A stretch of DNA of 61,280 nt from Phoronis australis (Eukaryota > Animalia > Phoronida). The notes under the pieces were generated by a model. That model ran no database searches, was not told the DNA's origin, and worked only from the letters and a program-made list of their open reading frames with translations. The stretch spans positions 977,934 through 1,039,213 of the forward strand of contig NMRA01000026.1 in the NCBI GenBank assembly GCA_002633005.1. Direction: 5' to 3'. Made by a program: the position numbers and the translations under genes. Below, one piece after another: positions 48,780-61,280 of this stretch (positions are counted from its first letter, which is position 1; each line of letters starts with the position of its first letter).

Positions 48780-49900
48780 TAGACTTACGTTTACCTCTGT
48801 ATCTTCAGCAGTCCTGAATGGATTTTCATAACATTTGGTATATAATTACCTATTAGTGAGATGACGCTATCCTCCCGTTTTCAGATGGATTTGGCGAAGT
48901 TTGCGCCACCTAGTGGCCATTTTTACTGTTTTCAAGTCTTTTTTTGCATCCACCCCTCTATCAATCAAACCACTCAAAGGATGATTGTGAAAATTGTCAT
49001 GTATGTTCTTACTATGAAGTGGACGGCTGACGATGATTTTCCGATGACTTCGACTACTGTGGCGCCTCCTAGTGGCTTTTTTTGTTGCACCTATGTCTGT
49101 ATCCCCGAAACCGTTCACAGGATCTTTACTAAATTTACTAAGTGTATTTATATGATATTAACAACGAAGGACCACGACTTTCAGACGGATCTGACTGCTG
49201 GTGTGCCACCTAGTGGCAATTTTATTTTTTTACATTTGTTCAAAGGTCCTCAACATATTTTCATAAAATTTGGCATACAGACATCTTTTAATTAGGTGAC
49301 GCTATCTCTCCGTTTTCAGATGGATTCGACCTCGTTTGCGCCACCTAGTGGCCGTTTTTAGTGTTTTCGGACAGATCTGACTACTGGTGTGCCCCCTAGT
49401 GGCAATTTTAGTTTTACGTTTACCAGTCTGTATCTTCCAAGGTCCTCAACAGATTTTCATAAAATTTTGAATATAGACATTTATTGGTGAGAAGACACTA
49501 TCGTCCTGTTTTTGGATGGAATCGAGGTATTTTGCACCACCTGGTGGCCATTATTGTTGTTTTCAAATCTTGTTTTTGGCGTCCACCCCTCGATCAACCA
49601 AATCATTCTGGGGATGGTTTTGAAAATTGGCATATGTTTTCAGTGTGAAGAGGACGTTTGATGATGGCGACTGACTACTGTGGCGCCTCTTAGTGGTAGT
49701 TTTTTTTGCGCCCATATCTGTATCTCCTAAATCCACGGCAGGATCTTGATTTAATTTATTAAGTGAATTTATATGAAGGTAACAGACGACGACTTTCAGG
49801 CGGATGGAACGGACGCTGTGCCCACAAGTGGCAATTTCATTTTGTTCTCTTTTCTTTTGTTTCGCTAAAGTTCCTTGACAAATTTTTATGAAATATGGCA
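48780..49900 (+). repeat. Degenerate tandem array (HINE-like family) with a CTCF-like motif in each unit
   Basis: gcgccacctagtggcc variants at about 48903, 49062, 49203, 49338, 49389, 49534, 49683 and 49818. Confidence 0.75.
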
Positions 49901-49949
49901 TGTTCCATTTTTATGATACAAATAAATAACCCTAAAAGCACACCATTTG

Positions 49950-50825
49950 CAGAGCTGCCAACCGTTCCGTTTTTACGGGACGCGTTCCGTATTTGAGAGG
50001 GAAAATCTGTGTTCCGGGCGCTTTTTGAAAAATCTGTATTTTCAAACTCGAAAAATCCGTATTTTAAAGTCTTTAAAATCATAGAAAATACGCGGCGCAT
50101 TCCAGCGTTATGTTTTCTTTCCCACACTCTAAGGCTTGGAGCTGCGGCGAAATCTAGGTCAAACCACCGAGTACCGCCCTCTTTGAATAATTTAATTGAT
50201 GACTAAGTATGTCTCAAATATTTTATCCAATGAGAATCCAGCATTTACTCATGGCACGTGTTCGTGCTTGTCACTCAAATTCCTATTCTCTGCCAGCTGC
50301 TGTATCAACGATAAAAGGAGGTCAGTTCGCTAAAAAACTTGGAATGGCGCAAGTAGAAATGTTTGATAAAACAGAAATTAAATATAAAAAGCATGAAACG
50401 TGGAAGCAAACAAAAATATTTATTTCATGTTTTTGGGAAATGCTTGCTTTCATTTAAAAAAAAAAGTTTTCTTGCTTTCAAATTTGTGTTTTTTACGCTG
50501 TCTTGCGATAAACGTTTTCTTACAACTGTTGCAAACATGGCTGACGCGGGTGAGGGAGTATGCGACGGGCCCGCAAAAAAGAGGAAACAACGCTTCAAGA
50601 CCATTTATTCGTGCGAGTGGCCGTTCATCAAGGCAGGAAAAGACATGTACAAAGCGTTTTGTACATACTGTGCAAAAGAATTCAGTGTATGTCACGGAGG
50701 TAGATCAGACATTACGCAGCACGTGAAAACAGTTGCCCATCAGAATCGAGTTTCAAGCCATGGCAAGAGTGACATTTCGAAGTTTTTCAAGTCGTCAACT
50801 CAAGAAAGTGATAACTTGTCGACAT
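49950..50825 (+). mobile_element. hAT-superfamily DNA transposon 5' end with start of transposase, truncated at a contig join (n at 50826)
   Basis: Terminal CAGAGCTGCCAAC with subterminal ccgt repeats. ORF from 50537 reads MADAGEG..PAKKRKQRFK..EWPFIK..AFCTYCAKEFSVCHGGRSDITQHVKTVAH, an NLS plus BED/TTF-like zinc finger. Confidence 0.8.
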
Positions 50826-50849
50826 NTTATCATGACTGATAAGGGTACA

Positions 50850-53800
50850 GAAATATGAGTATACAGATAACATAAAGATAAAATAATAATCTCTGGAAAG
50901 ATGAGCAATAAAAAGCGCCACAAGAGATGTTGAAGACAGCTCATGCCCATCCGCAGGGAGTGACGAAGCAAAATGAACCTAAAAAATGGAAGGGTGACAC
51001 ATTAAGGACACCCGTATACTGGTAAATTGAAAAATTGAAAAAGGCATTAACCCGTAAACTGTTAAATCTACGCAAACTGGTTGAGTGTGATAAATAAAAT
51101 GGGAGAAATGAATCTGTCAAATGTGACACAAAGAAACCTGTGGTGATCCAAATTTAACGCAAATGATGAATCCGTAAAATGCTTTGACTAAGTCAAGCGG
51201 TTGATTGCGTTGAAAAAAAAGTGGAAAATACATGAGCTGAGGAAATACCAGGGCATATTCAGACTCGGTCAATGGATAAAGTCTCACCTATTGCATGAGT
51301 AAAGGTAATTGTTTGCCATCAATATGGAGAATTTTTCTTTCAAATTCGGATCCTCTTTTGAGGAGATGAACGCAAAGAAAGTGGGCCGATTACAATTCTC
51401 TCAATGCGACGGCTGAAAGATTTTTAATACATTTTAAATTAAGAGGTGTGTACATCAAAGTTGGATAAGTAATAATAATAATCAAATATGATAATAGGCA
51501 CGGAAGAATTTGCAGAAGTTGTCAGTGAAAAATGATGGGTAAAAAGCAACTAGTCAAGTATACTGGATAATTGAAATCAATCCAGTAACTGTCATGAAAT
51601 GGGTGATGTTATGAACTTCAAATTCTGTAAAAAGTTATCAATTTATGTATGATCAGGGGACAAATAAATAAACCTGTCAAAAATAACTTATGAAATGACA
51701 AAATATTAATGAACCTACGAAGAAATAAATCAAGAGAGATGTAATGATGATGATTAAGTAAAATGAGTGTGAGATCTTTCAGTCGCTACAAAGAACTAAC
51801 ACTGAATAATTGGTGTCATGATGTAAAGACGGTGAAATGGTGCGTAACTAACGAATCCGTAAATGAAGCCATTGTCAGTGTAACGAAGTTAAAGGCACAA
51901 ATAAATGAATCTCAAAATGTGAAAATTAGTAAACCATGAAAAGTTAATGGCAAAAACTGAAAGCGGCCTGGAACGCGATAAGCAGACTAAGTTGCAAAAT
52001 TGAAAGTTATTCTCTGCCACTGAAACAGAATTTGACGTGCTCATCAGGTATTTTTAGGGTTATTTGTTTGTAAATTTTTTAATTTCTGTTCTTATAAGTT
52101 TTTTCTTTTAGTTTCAAATTTCAAAAAAAAATGATCAGTCAACTGCTTGCCACTTCGTTAATTTTTCTCCCTCAATGCAAAGCATGGCAAGACATAGACA
52201 TGGTACATTTCCCTGGTATGGAAAAGGAAACCTTTGACCTCAGTCGACTTCAGTTAGCTGACTGTGAGCAGTTTTCCCTTCATGCATATTTTGAAAATCG
52301 TGAAACTTGTATTTTTTCTGGAAATTTCCTCACAGGGGAAAATTAATTCCTCTGTACTAGACGTTGCGGAATGGTACTTTTGTCAGGAATTGTTTAAAGG
52401 TATTTTTGACGAGTTTTCACATTCTTTGCCTCTTCAATGTAAAGTTACTGTATCAATCGTAAAATGTGAAAAATTAATAGTGATGAAATGAGAGATTTAT
52501 AATAAATGGTAAAATGCCACAAAAACTGTTTATCCTTTAGGGTGTGAGGAAGGAAAGAGATGCTGTGAAATGCGATAAGTGAAGCATATGCTGCTGAGAA
52601 CCAGCTACTACTAGAGAAGTGTCAATTAATCTGGAAAATGTGCAAATAAATAAAACCGCCAAATGCAATGAGTGATTGCGAACCCCTTAAATCTTTTTAA
52701 AGAATCTGTTAAAATGTGAATCAGTTATGTAGTTAAATCTGACAATTGAATAAATCAGTGAAATGGTTTGAATTATTGAATGTTACATAAATTGTGACAA
52801 TTGAGAACGCATGAACCTGTAAAATGCTACATCAAAGCAAATTGGTTGAGTGTGAAAAATAAAGTGGGAGAATTATCTGAACCCACATGTTGGGAAACTT
52901 TAATGAACGAACTCTGAATATAAGTCAAAAAATTCCGTTAAAATCCTCGTTCAAGGAATAAAAAGGCAAAAAGATGGGCTGATGACAATTGTCTAAATGC
53001 GACTGGTAAATGAATTCGTTACGCTTGACAAATTTATGAATGGGGAATTGTTCTTTCAAATTGCTCTTCCGAGTAGATGAATGCAAAGAAAATGGGCCCA
53101 TGATAACTCCCTAAATGTGACGGGTTAAAGACTTTGTAAAGCATGTTACATTAATGGGTTTGTAAAGAGCAAAATTGGATAAATAAATATAATGATAATA
53201 GACACTGAAGAATTTGCAAAAGGTGTGAGTGAAAAATGATGGGTAAAAAGCAACTAGTAAAGTGAAATCAATCCAATAACTGTCATGAAACGGGTGACGT
53301 AAATTAAAATGGTGCAGAAGTCATTGCCAGTGTAACGAAGCTAAAGGCAATAAAATGAACCCAAAAATGTGGAATACAATACGAGTTAATGACATAAACC
53401 TGCAAAGTAGTATAAAATTGAAAAAATAATGGACTACTGGAATGAGAGACTTTCATGAATGCAAAAAATGTCAAACCCTATAGTGTGTGACAAAAGCAAA
53501 ATGAGCATATAAAATGAGAGGGTGACACATTAAGACACCTGTATGCTCAGGTAAATTGAAAAAATTGAAAAAAGCATTAATCCGTAAACTATTACATCTA
53601 CGCAAACTGGTCGAGTGTCATGAATAAAACGGGAGAAATGGATCTGTCACAAAGAAACATGTGATGACACAAATTAAATGCAAATGATGAATCTGTAAAA
53701 TGCTTTAAATAAGTCAAGCGCTTAATTGCGATAAACAGGTGAAAAATAAATGAGCTGAGGAGGGCATATTCAGACTCGCTCAGTGGATAAAGTCTCATAT

Positions 53801-55680
53801 TGCAAGAGTAAAGGTAATAATTTTGCCATCAATATGGAGAATTTTTCTTTCAAATTCCTCTTTCGAGGAGATAAACGCAAAGAAAGTGGGCCAAAGACAA
53901 TTCTCTAAATGCGACGGCTTAAAGATTTTGTGACACACGTTAAATACGTAAATGGGTGTATACAGCAAAATTGGATAATCAAATATGATAATAGGAATGG
54001 AAGAATTTGCAAAAGGTTTGAGTGAAAAAATGATGAGTAAAAAGCAACTAGTCAAGTACACTGGATAAGTGAAATCAATCCAATAACTTTCATGAAATGG
54101 GTGATGTGATGAAGTGAAAATTCTGTAAAAAGGTGCAAAAACAGAATGAGAATCATGAAACCCTAACAGTCGATGGATATTAAGTGAATCCATTAATTGC
54201 TACAACAAGTCATGAAACGGTTGAAGTGATGAACTTGAAATTCTGTTAAGGGTAATCAGTTAATGAATTATTTCAAGACAAATTTACAAAACTCGCCATA
54301 AAAACTATTGAAACGGCTAAATGTGACGTGTATAATAAAGCCACGAAGTAATAAACCATTACAGAAATGAAATAATGATGAATAAGCAAAAGCCAGAGAA
54401 AAATTCAACTTATACAATGTTATGATCAAGTGAGATCCTTTAATTTCTACAAACAACTGACAGCGAAAACAGTTAAATAAATGGTTTCATGATCTAACGA
54501 GTCCATGAAATGCTATGGCTAAATGAAGCTGTTAAGTGTGACGAAGCTAAATGCGAAAACTAAATGAACCCAATATTATGTGAAAATGAGTGAATCAATA
54601 AAGGACCAGTTAAAGGCAGTAGTGAATGAAACCTTGAAATGTGAAAAATTAGCAGTGTAATGAAACTTAAATGAATGTGTCAAAAACAAAAAACCCTATA
54701 TAGGGTGTGACAAAAGAAATGAACCCGAGGGTAAAATGCGATGAGTGGTATAAAGATACTCTTATGCAGGTAGAACAAAAATGAATTTAACCTGTAACAT
54801 GTGCAAACTAATGAAATTGACATATGCAATGAGTGATTAATTCCAAACCCCTTCACTTGTTGAAAAAGTTACGTATTCGTTAAATGCAACAGTCGAAAAA
54901 ACCCAATAAAATGGATCGAATGAAATAAATAAAGCGGAGAAATAATTGAGCCCTCATAATGTGTAAATTCGTAAATGAACAAAACACGAATAAGTAAAAT
55001 GCAACATAAAGAAACCTGTAGTGGTCCAACCGATGAATCCGAAAAATGGTCTGACTAAATAAAGCCGTTGAATGTGATGAAGGAAAATGCAAAAATAAAT
55101 GAGCCGATTAAATACCAGAGGATGTTTAAAGTTGCTAGTTGGGTTGAAGAGAAATCCTTTACCTCAAGGAAATTCAAAGAGATAAAAGTAAACAAAGTGG
55201 GCTGATGACAGTTTTCTAAAAGTGACTGGTTAATGAATATGACGAATTAATGAATTTGTTAATTGCAAAAATGGGAAGATCTAATGAAATGAGAAATTTA
55301 ACAAAACCATAATAACTTTAATAGGCACTGAAGAATTTGCAAGTGTGAGTAAAACTATCAGTAAAAAGTTAAGTACAATGGATAAGTGAATCAGTTAAGT
55401 GCTGAAGTGATGAAACGGGTATTGTGTGATGAACTAGAAATTCTGTAAAAAGTTATTATTTATTGAATTACTATGTCATGAGTTAATGCACCCGCAAAAA
55501 TGAAATGGCAAAATGTGATGGACGTAATGAACCCTCCAAAAGTGTGACAAGTGAGCCTGCAAAATGTGGTAAGTGGAAAAATGCACAAAGACACGTATAA
55601 AACAGTTAAAACCAGCTAATATAGGGTAAATGTGCCAACTAATGAAACATCAAATGCAATGAGTGAATGATTGTTTAAAA
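50850..55680 (+). repeat. A-rich strand-asymmetric degenerate repeat block with internal duplications
   Basis: 50990-51635 resembles 53518-54133, with partial copies at about 53046-53300 and 55040-55460. The submotif aatgaa(c/t)ctgtaaaatgtga recurs. The same composition resumes at about 58150-59050. Confidence 0.75.
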
Positions 55681-58600
55681 AAATCTTGTGTGAGGACTAT
55701 AATAGACCAACAAACGTGCAGCGAGGAATTATTCAGTACTCTGAAAGGAACAGTCATCTGACCAGCTATATCTATAGAATATATATCGTCGACATAACAA
55801 ATTTAGGTAATAAACATGGCAGGAGATACACCACAGGAAATCAATCAAGGAAGGAGGACTCCTTGGAAAACCTCGAGAACAGAAAGTCGTATCAAAGAAA
55901 TGACTGCCAAAATGCAGATGGCTCTTTCTGCGATCTATCCGCACACCAAAGTTAAAAAATCCCCATGGTTCTACAAAGCAGCAAACTGAGAAATAGATGC
56001 CGCATCACCATCTTATACGTCACGAAAACAATAGGTCTTGAGCTATTACAGAAACCTTGAGTCTAAATTTCGCGTTGATCAATTTGAAAAATGTGACCCG
56101 TAGCACGAGTATCATACGAACATAGTTGCAGAAACGATTTGGTGAATAACATGGCAGTCTTCTGAATCTTGAATATCTCAATAATGTTAAGTTGGAACAT
56201 GTGCTCACGTGAATGTATTGGCATAAGTGCGGTAAAGAACATAGACCGTGTGTCACCAAAGCTCCATTTCAGAAATAAAAGGAGAGTCTGGTTGAGGAAA
56301 ATGGTCATTTATTATGACTAACAGTGAAAAACGAGCTTATTGCAAGACATGGGAACCATTTCAAGGCTATTAAGTGGTTGAATTTTCCAAGTAAGATTAC
56401 TAAAAATCCAAACGAAAGCTGAAGACGTGAACTGGGAACTATCGAAATGGCGTTCACTTGGAATCGAATCATAGACTGAGTATCTAACATACTAAATTCG
56501 AAGAGAATGTATCAGGAAGCATTATCTAATTTCTACTTGACAGATACAAGCCAAGATAGGTCTAAAAGAGGTTGATGAATACATTCGTGAATTTGATGCT
56601 GATCATATCATTGACAATCATTTTCAGCCATTCAGAAGCAGTAAAAATGAAACCGGTTAAAACGGAGTAGTCCTGAGTTGACCGTCGGCAAAATTACAGA
56701 TAAAGAACGTACTGCCGAATGTCATGAGTTGCACATTTCATGCTGTTAAACGAAAGTTGTACTCTGTGAGACCATTTAGTGACTAGGTGTAGCGATCAGT
56801 TGCACCTTTGTATATAGTGCCACGTGCCCAGGCTGTGTTATTGAAAATCACTGGGCAAGATCAAAAACAATCCGTGAAGTGACAAGCACACCCATGTTGT
56901 ATTTGAGTGCAACTGATGCAGAGGTTGTCAGGAAACCAAATTCTGGGTACCCACAGACTCGTGGCATTTTTGAGCTAGCAATAAACAATGTCAAAGCAGC
57001 ACTCAATCAGCAACTGAGATTTTCCCAGACCTCAGTGTATAAGGTCAGGCAGTAAGAAATTATGGTGTCCAGTTATGAAGAAACTTCTTGACATCTTGGG
57101 ACTTGTGTCTTCTGTCCATAAACTGGGCGTTTGCTCATTTGTCATTGCCATTTACTCTTTGCGTATGGACCACTGGCACTTTGAGGGATGTCTATGCATG
57201 TAGAATTGCAGTCTACGGTCTGCATATTGACGGCTCAAAGATAAGTGCATTCAAGATCGCCATCAACTGTTCGCATGTTCTTCAGCTGTACATCCTGGAA
57301 GGCCCACGTATCGAGGAAATGCATCAACTTTCTGCATCTGTGGGATCCATATATTGAGGAAGATTGACTCTCCAGGCCTTGAGAAACGTCCACGCCACGT
57401 CAATTGTACGGTGCACCTTCTATTCATGCGTTCATTGACGCCTGCCATTGGCTGCATGCATATTGACTGTCTAGGTGGGTAGATGGTCCATATGCATCCA
57501 GTTGATATATTGTACACATACTGACAGTCCAGGTGGGTGGATTGTCGCTATGGGTACAGTTGAGGTCAAGCAGCAATGAACGCATGTCATGTAGGTAGAA
57601 GGAATATGGCAGTCCTCAATATGTAGATGTTCCGTGTTTGTGAAAGATCAATATCTATTAGGTTGATGCTAGGCATCGATGCATAGTTGATATGCAAAAG
57701 GTTGATTGCAGTTGTGTCTGCCGGTCAGTACTTCTCAACTGTTCATGCATGCAGGATTGATTGTTATATGGATTCTAAACATGGATCGTCTGTGCATTGA
57801 TGCCAGTCTTCAACTCCGTTGCATCGAAGATCATCCACGCATAAATCATCGTTATCTGCCATCCATTTCCTAGATGTTTGCTTTTCGACACTGTCTAGTG
57901 CCTATCAACCAATGCATGCTTTGAGGTTTGCTATCTTGTCTCGGTATGTTGACCATCTACACATATAGGTCAATACCCAACAACATGGTGGATTGCTCGT
58001 TTGTATCTTCTAATCCACTGTTCTCATGTTGTTGCATAACCATCAGTTTTTCGCGTATCGGCCGTCCTACAATTAAGGATCATCCAACACCGTGGAGATT
58101 TGCAACCTTCTGCACTGAGCCCGCTATTGCATAGATGCCTACAATAAACCCTTCACATAACAAATGAGACATGAACACATCAGAGAAGTTGACAGACCTG
58201 GGCATGAATAGACGATTCACCAGAATCCGTGAAATAAACAAGTCTGTAAAAACAATCATTTGTGAAGTACGACTATTGAATGAGCCTGTAGAGTGCCATG
58301 AATGAACAAGGAAATAAATAACTTGTAAAATTTCAAATATAATAAAATCCTGAAACTTGGCGAGTTAATGGTCCTGTAATCATGATATCCAAAAAATTGG
58401 TGTAGTGCTGAAGTACCGGCAAGTGAATGAAATTGTAAAACTTCTTAGAATTAATGAATCTTCAAAATGTGCTGAATAAATAAATCTATGAGCAGTAATC
58501 AAATAATCCATGTGTAGAATAGAACTGTCAAGAGAATATATTTTAGAATTGGAAGCCGTGAAATGTGGTGATTTGGTTCTGTGTAAAGCAGCGGATTAAG

Positions 58601-60429
58601 GATTCGTGCAGCACTACAACAATATCTGGCAAATTGATGAATCCAAAACATCACAAACCAAGAATAAAACGGGTATAGCATAATAATAGAACCTGTAAAA
58701 TAAACAAAGGTGTTGAGTGCAAGGAAACAAAATGCTAAACATAAATGAAAGGTTAGTGTAAAATGGGAAAACCAATAGGCCCTTCAAGTATCATGAGTTA
58801 TTGTGAGGGAAATCAAAGTCCTTCAGTGTTGCTAGTCAAATATGTCCAGCCAATGCTAAAGGTTAATGCAATTAAAGAAAGGACAACTATTTGAAACCAT
58901 GAAATGCATTCAATTATTTAATTCTGAAAATTTCAGGGTTGAATAATTTTGTGAAAAGTAACGAGTTAATACAACTAGAATATGTTACATAGAAAGTAAA
59001 CTGGAAGTGCATCAAATAAATAAGTGAAAAAAGGAAGGTAGGGATGGTGAATGAGCAGGGGAAAAGGACTTGACTAGCTTGCTCTCTTTAAATTCAGTTC
59101 AAGGGAACATATTGATCAAACTTGGCTATCTTCATAGCCTTCTTCACAACAGTATTCTAAAAAGTAATTGACTAAAACTAAAAAGGTTCATTCACCATCC
59201 TGAGGCATATGGGCTTTGCAGCATTTTTTATTGCCCATCATTCACTTGTTGAAGTTTGGTGGGATAAGTCTTCTGCTAGCATTTTGTTGGTTTATTTTAT
59301 GCTGCATCAAGTGGTGGTTCCTTTTTTCACAAATTATAAAATTATGATATTCATCGTTGTCACTAACAATTAATGTTTTGTCTTCAATATGTGAGGATAG
59401 AAATTTGTGTTTCTTCGTTGAATTGTTCCAAACACCATGCTGGAACAACAAAATGGGTGTCGACATGATTTGTGTACACCACCGCTTATCAAAGTGATTT
59501 TACAGGAGCACGCCACCAAAAAACAACCCATTTTGTATCAATTTATTTCGAGTAGTTCTACTCCATAAGGTCACATACGGTTGCATTACCCGACACCTGA
59601 CGGCAGACAGAGGTGTTGAAATTATCCAATGACGTAATTGGTTTCACACGCAGTCTGTTTAGCAGTTCACAACACGGGTTACTGCTGTCAGGTTATCGCT
59701 TGTATTCATCGTTTAACACCAATAAATCATCAAACTTCGATGTAAAACCCTTAAAAATACATTGAGTTCTTATAAAAACGTCATAGCCTACCAACTAGCA
59801 GGAGTTTGGGGTCTGTTCGGAGATACAGACAGGAGAACCTAGAACTGTGTTGTTTAGTCTTATGATTTTTTGAGTTCTAAACACACAAAACGCCTGTTAT
59901 TTCGGCCAGTGGTTCGGAACCCAATCAGGCCCGTCACGTCCGCCGGGACTGGCATGAACATAAACCAGCTTGAGTTTTAAACTAAACCTCCAGTCAGGAA
60001 AAGACTATAACAGTGAGCCAAAGAAATAATGGAAAATAGTCACAAAACTAAAAGTCTACTTGTTGGGGGTCGCGAAGTCTGGCTCCCCTTCCACAGACCA
60101 TCAGATTTGTATTTCTAAATAAACATTCCCCTCACATGTGACCATAGCATATAAAATCTAGTAATTATTTCGCAACAGCTTTCTGTCAGCAAACACTGAA
60201 TTAGAATGCGCTCACATGGCCTCGGTGCCCGGTCAATTACCTTTGTGGCCGGCATCAATTTCAGCCGATAACGCATTGCTGGCTTCTCAAAATTTGCATC
60301 TCACGAATACTTCAAAGGCATTACAAATTGTATCTAATTAGAATGACTTTGGTTCAGTTTTATATAAGCATTTGTTAGGATGAGAATAATTCATTTTGAA
60401 CCAGAACGCAGAATAATACTAACGTCTAC

Positions 60430-60838
60430 ATGGCAACTCGCTCTGTGCCAATCCCGACTTAGTCAATAGCTCATCCGACGAAGACTTCACGAATCGGATC
60501 GTTAGGTTTTACAGGCTTTCAATTCGAACAGGAATACACTGATCAAGAAATACTAGAGAGGCGCCGTGAACATGTACAGGCAACGGTTAGTCAGAATTCG
60601 TCAGGGAAATCACTGTCGACGAAATGCAGGCCACAGACACGCAGATGTTTCACGCACGGCCTCACTACTTGCTATTACAGGCTATCAATTCGAACAGGAA
60701 TACACTGATCAAGAAATACTAGAGAGGTACCGTGAACATGCACAGGAAAAGGAATGTATGGATAGTTCTTTGGTAAGCTGTCAACGAAATGCCGGCCATA
60801 GACACAGAGATGTTTTACGGCCTCACACTTGCTATTAA
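60430..60838 (+). pseudogene. Degenerate, internally duplicated fragment resembling the P2X7-ballast-like (Nanor/KolX) protein of Kolobok transposons
   Basis: Two copies (period about 167 bp) of G(Y/F)QFEQEYTDQEILER, resembling PYQFEP..., and an EKECM remnant. Frames are broken. Confidence 0.35.
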
Positions 60839-60854
60839 AAGCATACCTTTCATT

Positions 60855-61280
60855 CTTCTGATTGGTCAGTTAAATTGAACTCTGATTGATAGGTCTGATT
60901 GGTCAATTGAATGGAGCTCTCTGATTGGTCGAATGAATGGAGCTCTATGATTGGTCGATTGAATGAAGCTCTCTGATTGGTCAATTGAATGAAGCTCTCT
61001 GATTGGTCAATTCTATGGAGCTCTCTGATTGGTCAATTGAATGGAGTTCTCTGATTGGTCAATTGAATGGAGGCCTCTGATTGGTAGAATGAATGAAGCT
61101 CTCTGATTGGTCGATTGAATGGAGCTCTCTGATTGGTCGATTGAATGGAGCTCTCTGATTGGTCGATTGAATGAAGCTCTCTGATTGGTCAATTATATGG
61201 AGCTCTCTGATTGGTCAATTGAATGGAGCTCTCTGATTGGTCAATTGAATGGAGTTCTCTGATTGGTCAATTGAATGGAG
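60855..61280. repeat. 26-bp satellite (at least 15 copies, runs off the window), each unit carrying a CCAAT/NF-Y box
   Basis: Unit ctctctgattggtc(a/g)attgaatg(g/a)ag, period 26. Confidence 0.95.

Overview
AT-rich invertebrate metazoan genomic DNA with spliceosomal introns and three assembly gaps. The left half holds three housekeeping genes rebuilt exon by exon: the 3' part of DCAF12 (+), a complete PTAR1 (-), and a complete MORF4L1/MRG15 (+). PTAR1 and MORF4L1 are head-to-head, with their ATGs only about 166 bp apart. The main find is a minus-strand four-exon gene (40976->31920) whose exons all join in phase 1 into a 433-aa ORF. It carries an N-terminal RHIM-like amyloid motif (VRMQGVRH-AQVG-NENVMLI), a TRADD-N-like domain, and a C-terminal C19orf12/Nazo-like glycine-zipper membrane domain. 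I do not recognise this architecture from characterised proteins; it suggests an innate-immunity or cell-death adaptor fused to a membrane effector. IRF/NF-kB-like motifs lie upstream of it. The rest of the window is transposon-derived or repetitive: a Gypsy integrase with LTR, Harbinger MITEs, a hAT fragment, Helentron/HINE-like arrays carrying CTCF motifs, tRNA-SINEs, minisatellites, an A-rich degenerate repeat block and a CCAAT-box satellite. All family assignments come from recalled motifs and were not checked against databases.
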